This document shows, piece by piece, positions 54,776-62,893 of a stretch of DNA of 64,000 bases. The translations under genes were made by a program, and so were the position numbers. Each line of letters opens with the position of its first letter. Within the stretch, counting starts at the first letter, position 1. Origin of the DNA: Thermoplasmata archaeon (lineage in GTDB: Archaea; Thermoplasmatota; Thermoplasmata; Lutacidiplasmatales; UBA184). The notes beneath the pieces are model-generated. The model ran no database searches. It saw only the letters and a program-made list of their open reading frames with translations, and was not told the origin of the DNA. The DNA lies in contig JAKIWG010000001.1 of assembly GCA_022750155.1 (NCBI GenBank), positions 81,138-145,137 of the forward strand, given 5' to 3'.

Positions 54776-56395
54776 ATGGCGGAGAGGGAACCCGCCCCCA
54801 TGGACCCGCGCCGGCCGGCCGGCGCCGGCCCCGAGCTACCCCCGCTGAGCCCCCCGACCCTGCCCGAGCGGCTGCGGGCGGAAGGGGACGTCGTCAAGAA
54901 ACCCGACGGCCCGCCGGCTCCGGCCGCTCCCGAACCGGAGCGCCCCGCGAAGGAAGCTGCCCCGAAGCCCCCGACGTCGAAGGAGTCGCCCGCCCCGTCG
55001 GATAGCTCCGGCGCCCAGGACGAGGTCCAGGCGGTCCCGATCCCCATCGCCCGCCTGATCCCGAAGCTTCGCAGGTCGCAGAAGCTGTTCGAGGAGGGAA
55101 AGAAGTACATTCCCAACGCCACGAGCTCGTTGATCCGCGTCGCCTCGTACGACCCGTGCCCGCCGTTCATCAAGAAGGGAAAAGGCGCGCGGATCTGGGA
55201 CGAGGACGACAACGAATTCCTCGATTTCAACCTGGGCTACGGATGCCTCATCAACGGCCACGCCCATCCGGAGATGGTCAAGGCGGTCCAGGCCCAGGCG
55301 GAGCTCGGGTTCCATTTCGCCTCGCCCACCGAGCTCGAGATCGACGTCGCGAAGGCGTTCCGCCGCCTCGTGCCTTCGGCCGAGCGCGTCGCGTTCTGTT
55401 CGAACGGGTCGGACGCCACGATGAACGCGATACGGATCGCCCGCGCGGTGACCGGCAAGGACGGCCTGTTGAAGTTCGAGGGCCACTACCACGGCCAGCA
55501 CGACTATGCGCTGATCAGCGCCGAGGCGCCGCCGATCGTCGCGGGCCTCGACGAGTACCCCCGACCGCTCCCGAACTCCGCGGGGATCCCCCCCGGGGTC
55601 ACCGACTATGTCATGGTCGCCGCCTACAACTCGATCACATCGGTCGAGCGGATGATCAAGCGATACCGGGACCGGCTCGCCGCGGTGATCCTAGAGCCGG
55701 TGATGGCGAACGCCGGCATCATCCCCCCGGCCCCGGATTACCTGCAGCGACTGCGCGAGATCACCCGGGAGAACGACCTTCTGCTGATCTTCGACGAAGT
55801 GTTCACCGGATTCCGGATCGCCCCGGGAGGCGCCCAGCAGGTGTACAAGGTCGAACCGGACCTCTCGTGCTGGGCGAAGGCGCTCGGCGGCGGCGTCACG
55901 ATCTCGGCCGTGTCGGGGAAGGCGGAGTTCATGGACCTGATCGCCCCGGGTCGGATCTCCTTCGGCGGCACCTACTTCGCGAACAACCTCTCGCTCGCCG
56001 GTTCCCACGCGAACCTGAAGCTCCTGAACCGCGGCGGGGAGGAGCTCTACGAGCGGTTCGGCCGGATGACGGCCAAGATGGAGAAGGGGATCGAGGAGGC
56101 GGCCCGGGACGCGAAGATCTCCGTGCTCGTGCAGTCCGTCAACGGAATGCTGCAGTACTTCTTCACCCGCCGCAAGAAGATCACCAATTACCGCGAATCC
56201 CTCCAGATCGACTGGAACCTGTACCTACGCAACCACCAGCTGCTGCTCGACAAGGGGGTCTACACGCACCCGGACAACTACGAGCGTCTGACCTTCTCCT
56301 CCGCCCACTCCGAGAAGGACGTGGAGGTCTTCCTCTCGGCGATCAACGAGACGTTCACCGAGCTCAAGACCCTCCCCCGCGACTACCAGCCCTAA
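54776..56395 (+). CDS. class-III aminotransferase (glutamate-1-semialdehyde 2,1-aminomutase-like) with a ~95-aa Pro/Ala-rich N-terminal extension
   Basis: SNGSDATMNAIRIARA, FDEVFTGFR, PLP-lysine context CWAKALGGG. The extension keeps G/C at nearly every third codon position. Confidence 0.85.
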   Translation: MAEREPAPMDPRRPAGAGPELPPLSPPTLPERLRAEGDVVKKPDGPPAPAAPEPERPAKEAAPKPPTSKESPAPSDSSGAQDEVQAVPIPIARLIPKLRRSQKLFEEGKKYIPNATSSLIRVASYDPCPPFIKKGKGARIWDEDDNEFLDFNLGYGCLINGHAHPEMVKAVQAQAELGFHFASPTELEIDVAKAFRRLVPSAERVAFCSNGSDATMNAIRIARAVTGKDGLLKFEGHYHGQHDYALISAEAPPIVAGLDEYPRPLPNSAGIPPGVTDYVMVAAYNSITSVERMIKRYRDRLAAVILEPVMANAGIIPPAPDYLQRLREITRENDLLLIFDEVFTGFRIAPGGAQQVYKVEPDLSCWAKALGGGVTISAVSGKAEFMDLIAPGRISFGGTYFANNLSLAGSHANLKLLNRGGEELYERFGRMTAKMEKGIEEAARDAKISVLVQSVNGMLQYFFTRRKKITNYRESLQIDWNLYLRNHQLLLDKGVYTHPDNYERLTFSSAHSEKDVEVFLSAINETFTELKTLPRDYQP

Positions 56396-56579
56396 CGGCG
56401 ACCGGCGCCCGCGGTCGCGCCACCGGACCGGGCCGGCCCACGGGGCCGGCTCGGCGAATGTACGGGAGAACCTCAGGCTCGCGGCCGCGTCTCCTAGTGG
56501 GTTTAAAACAAGGAGACCGTACGGCGTCCGATGGGTCGGACGGCGGGACCACCCTACCTCCGGAGGTGACGACGGGGGG

Positions 56580-57605
56580 ATGGGCCGCAGCCTGACGGAT
56601 TTCACGGTCTTCGTCCTCAAACGCCTCCTCCAGCTCATCCCGGTGCTCCTCGGGATCACCATCCTGACGTTCGTCTTCACCCATCTTTCGGCGAAGAACG
56701 TCTGCAACGCCTGGTTCCCGCACGCCGACCCGACGACGATCGCCAACTGCAACGCCCGGGTCAGCCAACCCATCGTGAACCAGTACTGGACCTACCTGAC
56801 GGACCTCCTCCACGGCAACTGGGGGGCCTCGGTCCAGGGCGTCGCCGTCTACCCGCAGATCGCCGCGGGGGTGCCGGCGACCCTCGAGCTCGTGCTCTCC
56901 GCCCTGTTCCTGATGATCGTCATCGGGATCCCCCTCGGAGTCATCGCGGCGCAGTCGGCCGGGCGGTGGGGGGACCACTTGGTCCGCATCTTCTACCTGA
57001 GCGGCTGGGCGACCCCGACCTACCTGGGAGCGGTCCTCGCCGCGGTGTTCGTCGCCCCGTACTTCGGGCTCCCCTCGCACGGGGAGTACGCGACGAACCC
57101 TCCCCCGTTCCCCCAGTACACCCACATGTCCGTGCTCGATGCCCTCCTCGCGGGGAACCTGGCTTGGACCGGGGACGCGATCTCCCACCTGATCCTCCCG
57201 GCGGCGACCCTGGCGTTCATCAACATGGGCATCGCGACGCGCATGACCCGCAGCTCGATGCTCGAGGTGATCCCGCTCGACTACGTCAAGTCGGCCCGGA
57301 TGAAGGGGCTCTCCGAGTTCTGGGTGATGTACAAGCACGCGCTCCGCAACTCGCTCATCACGACCACGACCGTCCTCGGCCTCACCGCGGGCGGCCTGCT
57401 CGCCGGCACCGTCGTCATCGAGGAGGTGTTCGGCTGGCCGGGAGTGGGCGCCTTCGCGTTCACCGCCATCGGCGGGGGCGGGAGCCCGCCGAACTTCGAC
57501 GGGGCCATCGCGGTGGTCGCGGTGTTCGCCGTCGGCGTCGTGGTCGCGAACCTGATCGCCGACATCCTCTACGGACTGCTCGACCCTCGCGTGGACTGGA
57601 GGTAA
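56580..57605 (+). CDS. peptide/nickel-type ABC transporter permease (OppB/DppB-like)
   Basis: N-terminal FVLKRLLQLIPVLLGITILTF and an EAA-loop region (DYVKSARMKGLSE). Confidence 0.9.
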   Translation: MGRSLTDFTVFVLKRLLQLIPVLLGITILTFVFTHLSAKNVCNAWFPHADPTTIANCNARVSQPIVNQYWTYLTDLLHGNWGASVQGVAVYPQIAAGVPATLELVLSALFLMIVIGIPLGVIAAQSAGRWGDHLVRIFYLSGWATPTYLGAVLAAVFVAPYFGLPSHGEYATNPPPFPQYTHMSVLDALLAGNLAWTGDAISHLILPAATLAFINMGIATRMTRSSMLEVIPLDYVKSARMKGLSEFWVMYKHALRNSLITTTTVLGLTAGGLLAGTVVIEEVFGWPGVGAFAFTAIGGGGSPPNFDGAIAVVAVFAVGVVVANLIADILYGLLDPRVDWR

Positions 57606-57608
57606 AGC

Positions 57609-58688
57609 GTGACGACCCGCTCCGCGCCCGGGGGACCGTCGTCGGCCGGGGGGGCGAGCCCCGCGCGGCGGGCATGGGGCGGATTCGTGGTCTTCCTGCG
57701 GGTCCTTCGGGCCAACCCCCTCACGCTGGTCGGCTTCCTCCTCGTCGTGCTATTGGCGGGGGCGGCCCTCGTCATGCTCACCGTCCCGCACCTGCTGACT
57801 CCCTACTCGGTCAATCAGCTCACCCTCGACTACAACCAGGCCCCCTCCTGGCACCACCCGTTCGGCACCGACGGCACGGGCCTCGACATCTACGCGATGG
57901 TCCTCTACGCGATCCCCATCGACCTGGCCATCGCCTTTGCGATCGCCGGCGCGGCGCTGTTCTGGGGCGGCGCGCTCGGCCTGGTCGCCGGATTCTGGGA
58001 CAAACCCGGGACGCTCGGCGGGGCGCTCTCCGTCGTCATCCTACGGGTCACGGACATCTTCCTCTCCTTCCCGAGCCTCATCCTCGCGCTCGCCATCGCC
58101 GTGTCGCTGGGCCGTGGGGTCCCCCAGCTCATCCTGGCGGTCCTGCTGACCTGGTGGCCGTTCTACGTCCGGCTGGTCCGCGGGGAAACGCTCGCCGTCA
58201 AGCACCTGCCGTACGTGATGGCCGCGCGCGCGGCGGGGGTGACCGAAGGGCGCATCGTGCTCCGCCACGTCCTACGGAACGTCGTGGAGCCGGTCGTCGT
58301 CTACTTCACGCTCGACATCGGGACCGTCCTCGTCACCCTCTCCACGATCGGATTCATCGGGCTCGGGGTGAACTACCCGTTCACTCCGGAGTGGGGGAGC
58401 ATGATCTCCTACTACCAGTCCGCCGGCCTCATCTCGGCGTACCCCTGGACCGTGCTCGGACCGGGTCTCGCGATCTTCCTCACCGTGCTCGCGTTCAGCC
58501 TGCTGGGCGACGGGCTCCGCGACGTGCTCGACCCGCGTAGCCGCCGAGTGCTGGCCGGCACCGGAACCGGCGGGGCGAGCTCGACGTCGCCGTCCGAGCG
58601 CGAAGGGGCGACCGCGGAGCCGAGCCTGAACCGCTCCGGACTTCCCGAGCCGATCCCCACCGCCTCCCGGGGGGTCTCCTCCCCATGA
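57609..58688 (+). CDS. peptide/nickel-type ABC transporter permease (OppC/DppC-like)
   Basis: HPFGTDGTGLDIY, YVMAARAAGVTEGRI (EAA loop) and 6 TM segments. Confidence 0.9.
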   Translation: MTTRSAPGGPSSAGGASPARRAWGGFVVFLRVLRANPLTLVGFLLVVLLAGAALVMLTVPHLLTPYSVNQLTLDYNQAPSWHHPFGTDGTGLDIYAMVLYAIPIDLAIAFAIAGAALFWGGALGLVAGFWDKPGTLGGALSVVILRVTDIFLSFPSLILALAIAVSLGRGVPQLILAVLLTWWPFYVRLVRGETLAVKHLPYVMAARAAGVTEGRIVLRHVLRNVVEPVVVYFTLDIGTVLVTLSTIGFIGLGVNYPFTPEWGSMISYYQSAGLISAYPWTVLGPGLAIFLTVLAFSLLGDGLRDVLDPRSRRVLAGTGTGGASSTSPSEREGATAEPSLNRSGLPEPIPTASRGVSSP

Positions 58689-59827
58689 GCGAGCCCGTCG
58701 TCCAGATCCAGAACCTCAGCATCGACTACGTCATCGGCGCCGGGAGGTTCCGCGCCGTGTCGGGCGTATCGTTCGACGTCCCCCAGGGCCACGTGGTGGG
58801 GATCGTCGGGGAGACCGGGTGCGGCAAGAGCACGCTCGCCCAGGCGATCCCCCGCCTCCTCCCCGAGCCTCCCGCGACGATCGGGGAGGGGAGCGTGATC
58901 TTCCGGGGGACGGACCTGGTCCAGGTGCCCCTGTGGAAGATGCCGAGGATCCGAGGCACGGGGATCAACATGATCTTCCAGGAGCCGCTCAACTCGCTCA
59001 ATCCGGCGTTCCGGATCTACGACCAGGTCGCCGAGGCGATCCACATCCGCCGAGTCCGGGAGCGGGGGAACCTGGTGGTCGACCGGCGCGAGAAGCCTCC
59101 GTTCGACTACAGCCGTCGACCCACCGCCACCTCGGGCGAGGCCCTCACGCGATCGGTCCTCCCGCCCGTCGCCGCGGAGAAGGCCGCCCGCCATCGGACC
59201 GACTCCGACGGCACGATCCGCGGCGAGGTGCTCGACTACCTCCGCCTCGTGCGGATCAACGACCCGGAGACGATCCTCAACCTCTACCCCCACGAACTCT
59301 CGGGGGGGATGCGGCAGCGCGTGATGATCGCGATGGCGCTGTCGGAGAAGCCGGAGCTGCTCATCGCCGACGAGCCGACGAGCGCGCTCGACGTGACCAT
59401 CCAGGCGCAGGTGCTGACCCTGATGAAGGAGTTGATCGAGGAGGTCCACACCTCGATCCTGTTCATTAGCCACGACCTCGGCGTCATCGCCGAGACCGCC
59501 GACGAGCTCGGGGTGATGTACGCCGGCAAGCTGGTGGAGTTCGGCCCCGTCGCCGAACTGTTCGAGCACCCTCGGCACCCCTACACCAAGGCGCTGCTCG
59601 GGGCCGCGCCCACCCGATACAAGTCCGAGGGGCCTCTCGCGACGATCGCCGGGAACGTGCCCAACCTCTCGCATCCGCCGTCCGGCTGCCGATTCCACCC
59701 GCGGTGCCCGATCGCCCGACCGAGGTGCACGGTCATGCCCGGGCCGCCTCTCGAGCTGGTCGCCGGTGCCTCCGAGGGGCACCGGAGCGCCTGCTACTTT
59801 CCGGAGGAGGTGGCGTCGATCCCGTGA
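58685..59827 (+). CDS. oligopeptide/dipeptide ABC transporter ATP-binding protein (OppD/DppD-like)
   Basis: Walker A GETGCGKST, YPHELSGGMRQRV, LIADEPTSALD and the C-terminal Opp-type CRFHPRCP motif. Confidence 0.9.
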   Translation: MSEPVVQIQNLSIDYVIGAGRFRAVSGVSFDVPQGHVVGIVGETGCGKSTLAQAIPRLLPEPPATIGEGSVIFRGTDLVQVPLWKMPRIRGTGINMIFQEPLNSLNPAFRIYDQVAEAIHIRRVRERGNLVVDRREKPPFDYSRRPTATSGEALTRSVLPPVAAEKAARHRTDSDGTIRGEVLDYLRLVRINDPETILNLYPHELSGGMRQRVMIAMALSEKPELLIADEPTSALDVTIQAQVLTLMKELIEEVHTSILFISHDLGVIAETADELGVMYAGKLVEFGPVAELFEHPRHPYTKALLGAAPTRYKSEGPLATIAGNVPNLSHPPSGCRFHPRCPIARPRCTVMPGPPLELVAGASEGHRSACYFPEEVASIP

Positions 59828-60888
59828 CCGGCAAGGCGCTCGTGGAGGCCGAGGGCCTCCAGAAATTCTTCCCCCTCACCCGCAGCGTCACCGACCTCGT
59901 TCGCCACCTCCCCCGACGCGCGATCCATGCGGTCGACGGGGTCTCGTTGACCGTCCGCGCGCGCGAGACGGTCGGCCTCATCGGAGAGTCCGGCTCGGGC
60001 AAGACGACGCTCGGCTGGCTCATCTCCCGCCTCCACGAGCCGACGGGGGGCTCGCTGCGGTTCGATGGCGAGGACGTGCTCGCCCTGCGGGGGAACGAGC
60101 TGCGCCGATGGCGTCGGAACGTCCAGGTGGTCTTCCAGGACCCGGTCGGCTCCCTCGACCCCCGCTTGAAGGTCTGGCAGATCGTCGGAGAACCGCTGCG
60201 AGCCCAGGGGGAGCTCGGCAAGGGGGAGATCCGCGCCCACGTCAAGGACCTGTTGCCGACGGTCGGACTCCCCCCCGACTGCCTCGACCAGTTCCCCCAC
60301 GAGTTCTCCGGCGGGGGACGGCAGCGGCTCTCGCTCGCCCGGGCGCTCAGCGTCGACCCGCGGCTCGTGGTGCTGGACGAGCCGACGAGCGCGCTCGACG
60401 TCGCCGTCCAAGCCCAGATCCTCAACCGTCTGGTCGAGCTCCAGAAGGAGCGCGAGGTCGCCTACCTGCTCATCACCCACAACGTCGCGGCGGTCCGGTA
60501 CGTCGCCGACCGCGTCGCCGTGATGTACCTCGGCCAGGCGGTCGAGGTCGGGGGGGTGCGCGAGGTGCTCGAGCACCCAATCCACCCGTACACCAAGGCG
60601 CTCCTCGCCGCGGTCCCCGTGGCCGATGCGCGACGGCGCCGGACCCGGTTCAAGATCGGGGGGGACGTACCGTCGCTCGTGAACCCGGCGCCCGGGTGCC
60701 GATTCGCTCCGCGGTGCCCGTTCGTGATCGACCGGTGCCGGGTCGAGGACCCGCTGCTCCGCGAGATCCCGGGGGCCCCCGGACAGCTCGTCGCGTGCCA
60801 TCGCGCCGAGGAGGTCCGCGAGATCGCTCCGGTCTCCCTGCTGACGACGGTGGACGACCGCTCTACGGGCGCCGCGGCTTCCGCCTGA
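59824..60888 (+). CDS. oligopeptide/dipeptide ABC transporter ATP-binding protein (OppF/DppF-like)
   Basis: GTG 59824 overlaps the upstream stop. GESGSGKTT, FPHEFSGGGRQRL, VVLDEPTSALD, CRFAPRCP. Confidence 0.9.
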   Translation: MTGKALVEAEGLQKFFPLTRSVTDLVRHLPRRAIHAVDGVSLTVRARETVGLIGESGSGKTTLGWLISRLHEPTGGSLRFDGEDVLALRGNELRRWRRNVQVVFQDPVGSLDPRLKVWQIVGEPLRAQGELGKGEIRAHVKDLLPTVGLPPDCLDQFPHEFSGGGRQRLSLARALSVDPRLVVLDEPTSALDVAVQAQILNRLVELQKEREVAYLLITHNVAAVRYVADRVAVMYLGQAVEVGGVREVLEHPIHPYTKALLAAVPVADARRRRTRFKIGGDVPSLVNPAPGCRFAPRCPFVIDRCRVEDPLLREIPGAPGQLVACHRAEEVREIAPVSLLTTVDDRSTGAAASA

Positions 60889-60894
60889 GGCGGC

Positions 60895-62766
60895 CTACTT
60901 CGCGTACTGCGTGTTGAACAGGAAGGCGTACGGTTCGGCGCTCGCCATCGGGTTCTGGATGATCCCGTGGAGGAGGGAGGAGTGGACCCCGAACGCCGTC
61001 GGGACGACGAGCCAGATGTCGGTGTAGTTGTTGTACATCAGGCTCGTCATGTTCGAGTAGTAGTTCGTGAGGTCGGTCGAATTCGAGTCGCTCGCCGCGG
61101 CGTAGACCAGGTTGTTCACCGTCGCGTTGTTGTACTGGGACATGCAGTGGTTCGCGCTGCCGCTGTACTCGGCATTGTTCTGCGTCCAGTCGTCCGGTGA
61201 GATGTAGTCGGAGGTGTAGAACTCCTGGCCCATGTAGAACGGACCGCCGTTCGCGGCGGTCTCCGTCGTGCACGTGCCGCTGGAGAGCGCCTGCTCCTCG
61301 TACAGCTCCGAGAGCGAGATCGGGACGGGGCTGATGGTGATCCCGATCGCCTTGAGGTCGGCGGCAAGGAACTGGGCCGTCTCGGCCCAATCGATGCCGG
61401 TGTCGAGGTAGGCGTACTTGATCGTCAGGCCCGCACACGCGCCGTTCGCGCACGGGGAGGCCTGGATCTCCTGCTGGGCGAGCGCCGGGTCGTACGAGTA
61501 CGGGGCGAGGTTGCCCGGATTGTAGTACGGATACTGCGGCGGGACGGGGCCGACCCACTGGGTCGCGAAGCCGCCGAACGCCTGCTGGATGATCTGGTGG
61601 TAGTCGATGGAGTGGGCGATCGCCGCCCGTACGGAGAGATTGTTGAACGGGTAGACGTTCTGGTCCAGATAGATCCACCACGACCCGCTCGTGGAGCCGT
61701 AGACGGTCGGGAGCGCCTGGACGACGACGCAGGCCTTTCCCTGGAGCTCCTTCACCGTCGCCGGGCCGATGTAGGCGAACGACGCGCTTCCGACGTAGCC
61801 CACCGCGAGGTCGTTGGTCGTGATGTCGACGGAGCTCTGGAAGACGACATCAACCGTCGTGTTCGCCGGCTGGATCATGTTGTTCCAAGGCTCGGCGGCC
61901 GCGGCGGAGCGTCCCCAGTACGAGGCGTCCGGTCGCAGGGAATAGCCTCCGCCGGGGAGCCCGTTGTAGTAGGAGAGCACGTAGGGACCGGTCCCGAGCA
62001 TGGCGGTGGCCAGGTAGCTGTTGGGCACCCCCTCGGTCAGGTTCCCGTTCGCGTCGACGACGTTCGGGTCGACGGCGTAGGAGTTCGGGGCGGAGATCGA
62101 GGCCAACAGGTAGGTGTACGGAGCGAGCCCCAAGTATCCGTAGCCGACGTTGAGCTCGATCGTCGACGCGTTGAGGACCTGGAACGACTGGTTCGGCGTC
62201 TCCATCAGGGCGATCTCGCTCGCGTTCGGGTCCGCGAAGTTCCACGAGTTGAGATCGTTCGCCAGGGTCGCGTTGGCCGCCGTCGTGTTGTTGAGGTCGG
62301 AGTAGTAGGTGAGCGGATTGGAGGCGTTGAAGTTCGTCGAGAAGAAATTCTGCTCGAGGATGAACTGCGGGCCGCTCGCCAGCAATAAGCTTCGGTAGAA
62401 GGTGTACCACTGGACGTAGGCGTTGTACGGGTCCCCGTTGGAGAAGTGGACGCCCGTGCGGAGCGTGAAGTTCCACTGGAGCCCGTTCGGCGACTCGGTC
62501 CAGTTCTGGGCGAGGACGCCGGAGAAGTTGGTCGAGCTCGACCCGTTGTAGTTAACCAGTCCCTGGTAGACCTGCTGGACCGCCGCCCAACCCGGGGTGG
62601 AGAACGTCTCGCCCGGGTCGAGCGAGTCCGGGATCTCGGACTGGTCGACAATGAGCGGATTGGTCTGACGAAGGCACTGGGAAGTGAGCACGCGCAGCGA
62701 GACCCCCGCGAGGAGGAGCACGGCCACGATGACCAGCAGGACGGCGTTCCGCCAACGGGGGTCCAT
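60895..62766 (-). CDS. family-5 (peptide/nickel) ABC substrate-binding protein, membrane-anchored and sequon-rich
   Basis: ATG 62766. TM anchor AVLLVIVAVLLLAGV. IPDSLDPGETFSTPGWAAVQQVYQGLV and GTGPYVL are typical of SBP_bac_5. About 19 N-x-S/T sequons by hand count. Confidence 0.85.
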   Translation of the reverse strand: MDPRWRNAVLLVIVAVLLLAGVSLRVLTSQCLRQTNPLIVDQSEIPDSLDPGETFSTPGWAAVQQVYQGLVNYNGSSSTNFSGVLAQNWTESPNGLQWNFTLRTGVHFSNGDPYNAYVQWYTFYRSLLLASGPQFILEQNFFSTNFNASNPLTYYSDLNNTTAANATLANDLNSWNFADPNASEIALMETPNQSFQVLNASTIELNVGYGYLGLAPYTYLLASISAPNSYAVDPNVVDANGNLTEGVPNSYLATAMLGTGPYVLSYYNGLPGGGYSLRPDASYWGRSAAAAEPWNNMIQPANTTVDVVFQSSVDITTNDLAVGYVGSASFAYIGPATVKELQGKACVVVQALPTVYGSTSGSWWIYLDQNVYPFNNLSVRAAIAHSIDYHQIIQQAFGGFATQWVGPVPPQYPYYNPGNLAPYSYDPALAQQEIQASPCANGACAGLTIKYAYLDTGIDWAETAQFLAADLKAIGITISPVPISLSELYEEQALSSGTCTTETAANGGPFYMGQEFYTSDYISPDDWTQNNAEYSGSANHCMSQYNNATVNNLVYAAASDSNSTDLTNYYSNMTSLMYNNYTDIWLVVPTAFGVHSSLLHGIIQNPMASAEPYAFLFNTQYAK

Positions 62767-62893
62767 CAGGAGTCCATTGAGCCGGTCCCAAGGAAGGTCT
62801 CCCCCTTCATATGCCTCGTGACGGGAGCTAGTGGCCGGGCGGGGACCTCGGCAACATCTTCTAGCCCTTCGACCTCGGAGATTCGGGGAGCGG

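Noticed and set aside
54630-54848. 72-aa ORF starting at a TTG inside the AT-rich island
   Set aside because: It has an alternative start codon and no upstream signal. It crosses from AT-rich DNA into the out-of-frame start of the aminotransferase gene, with composition unlike genuine genes here.
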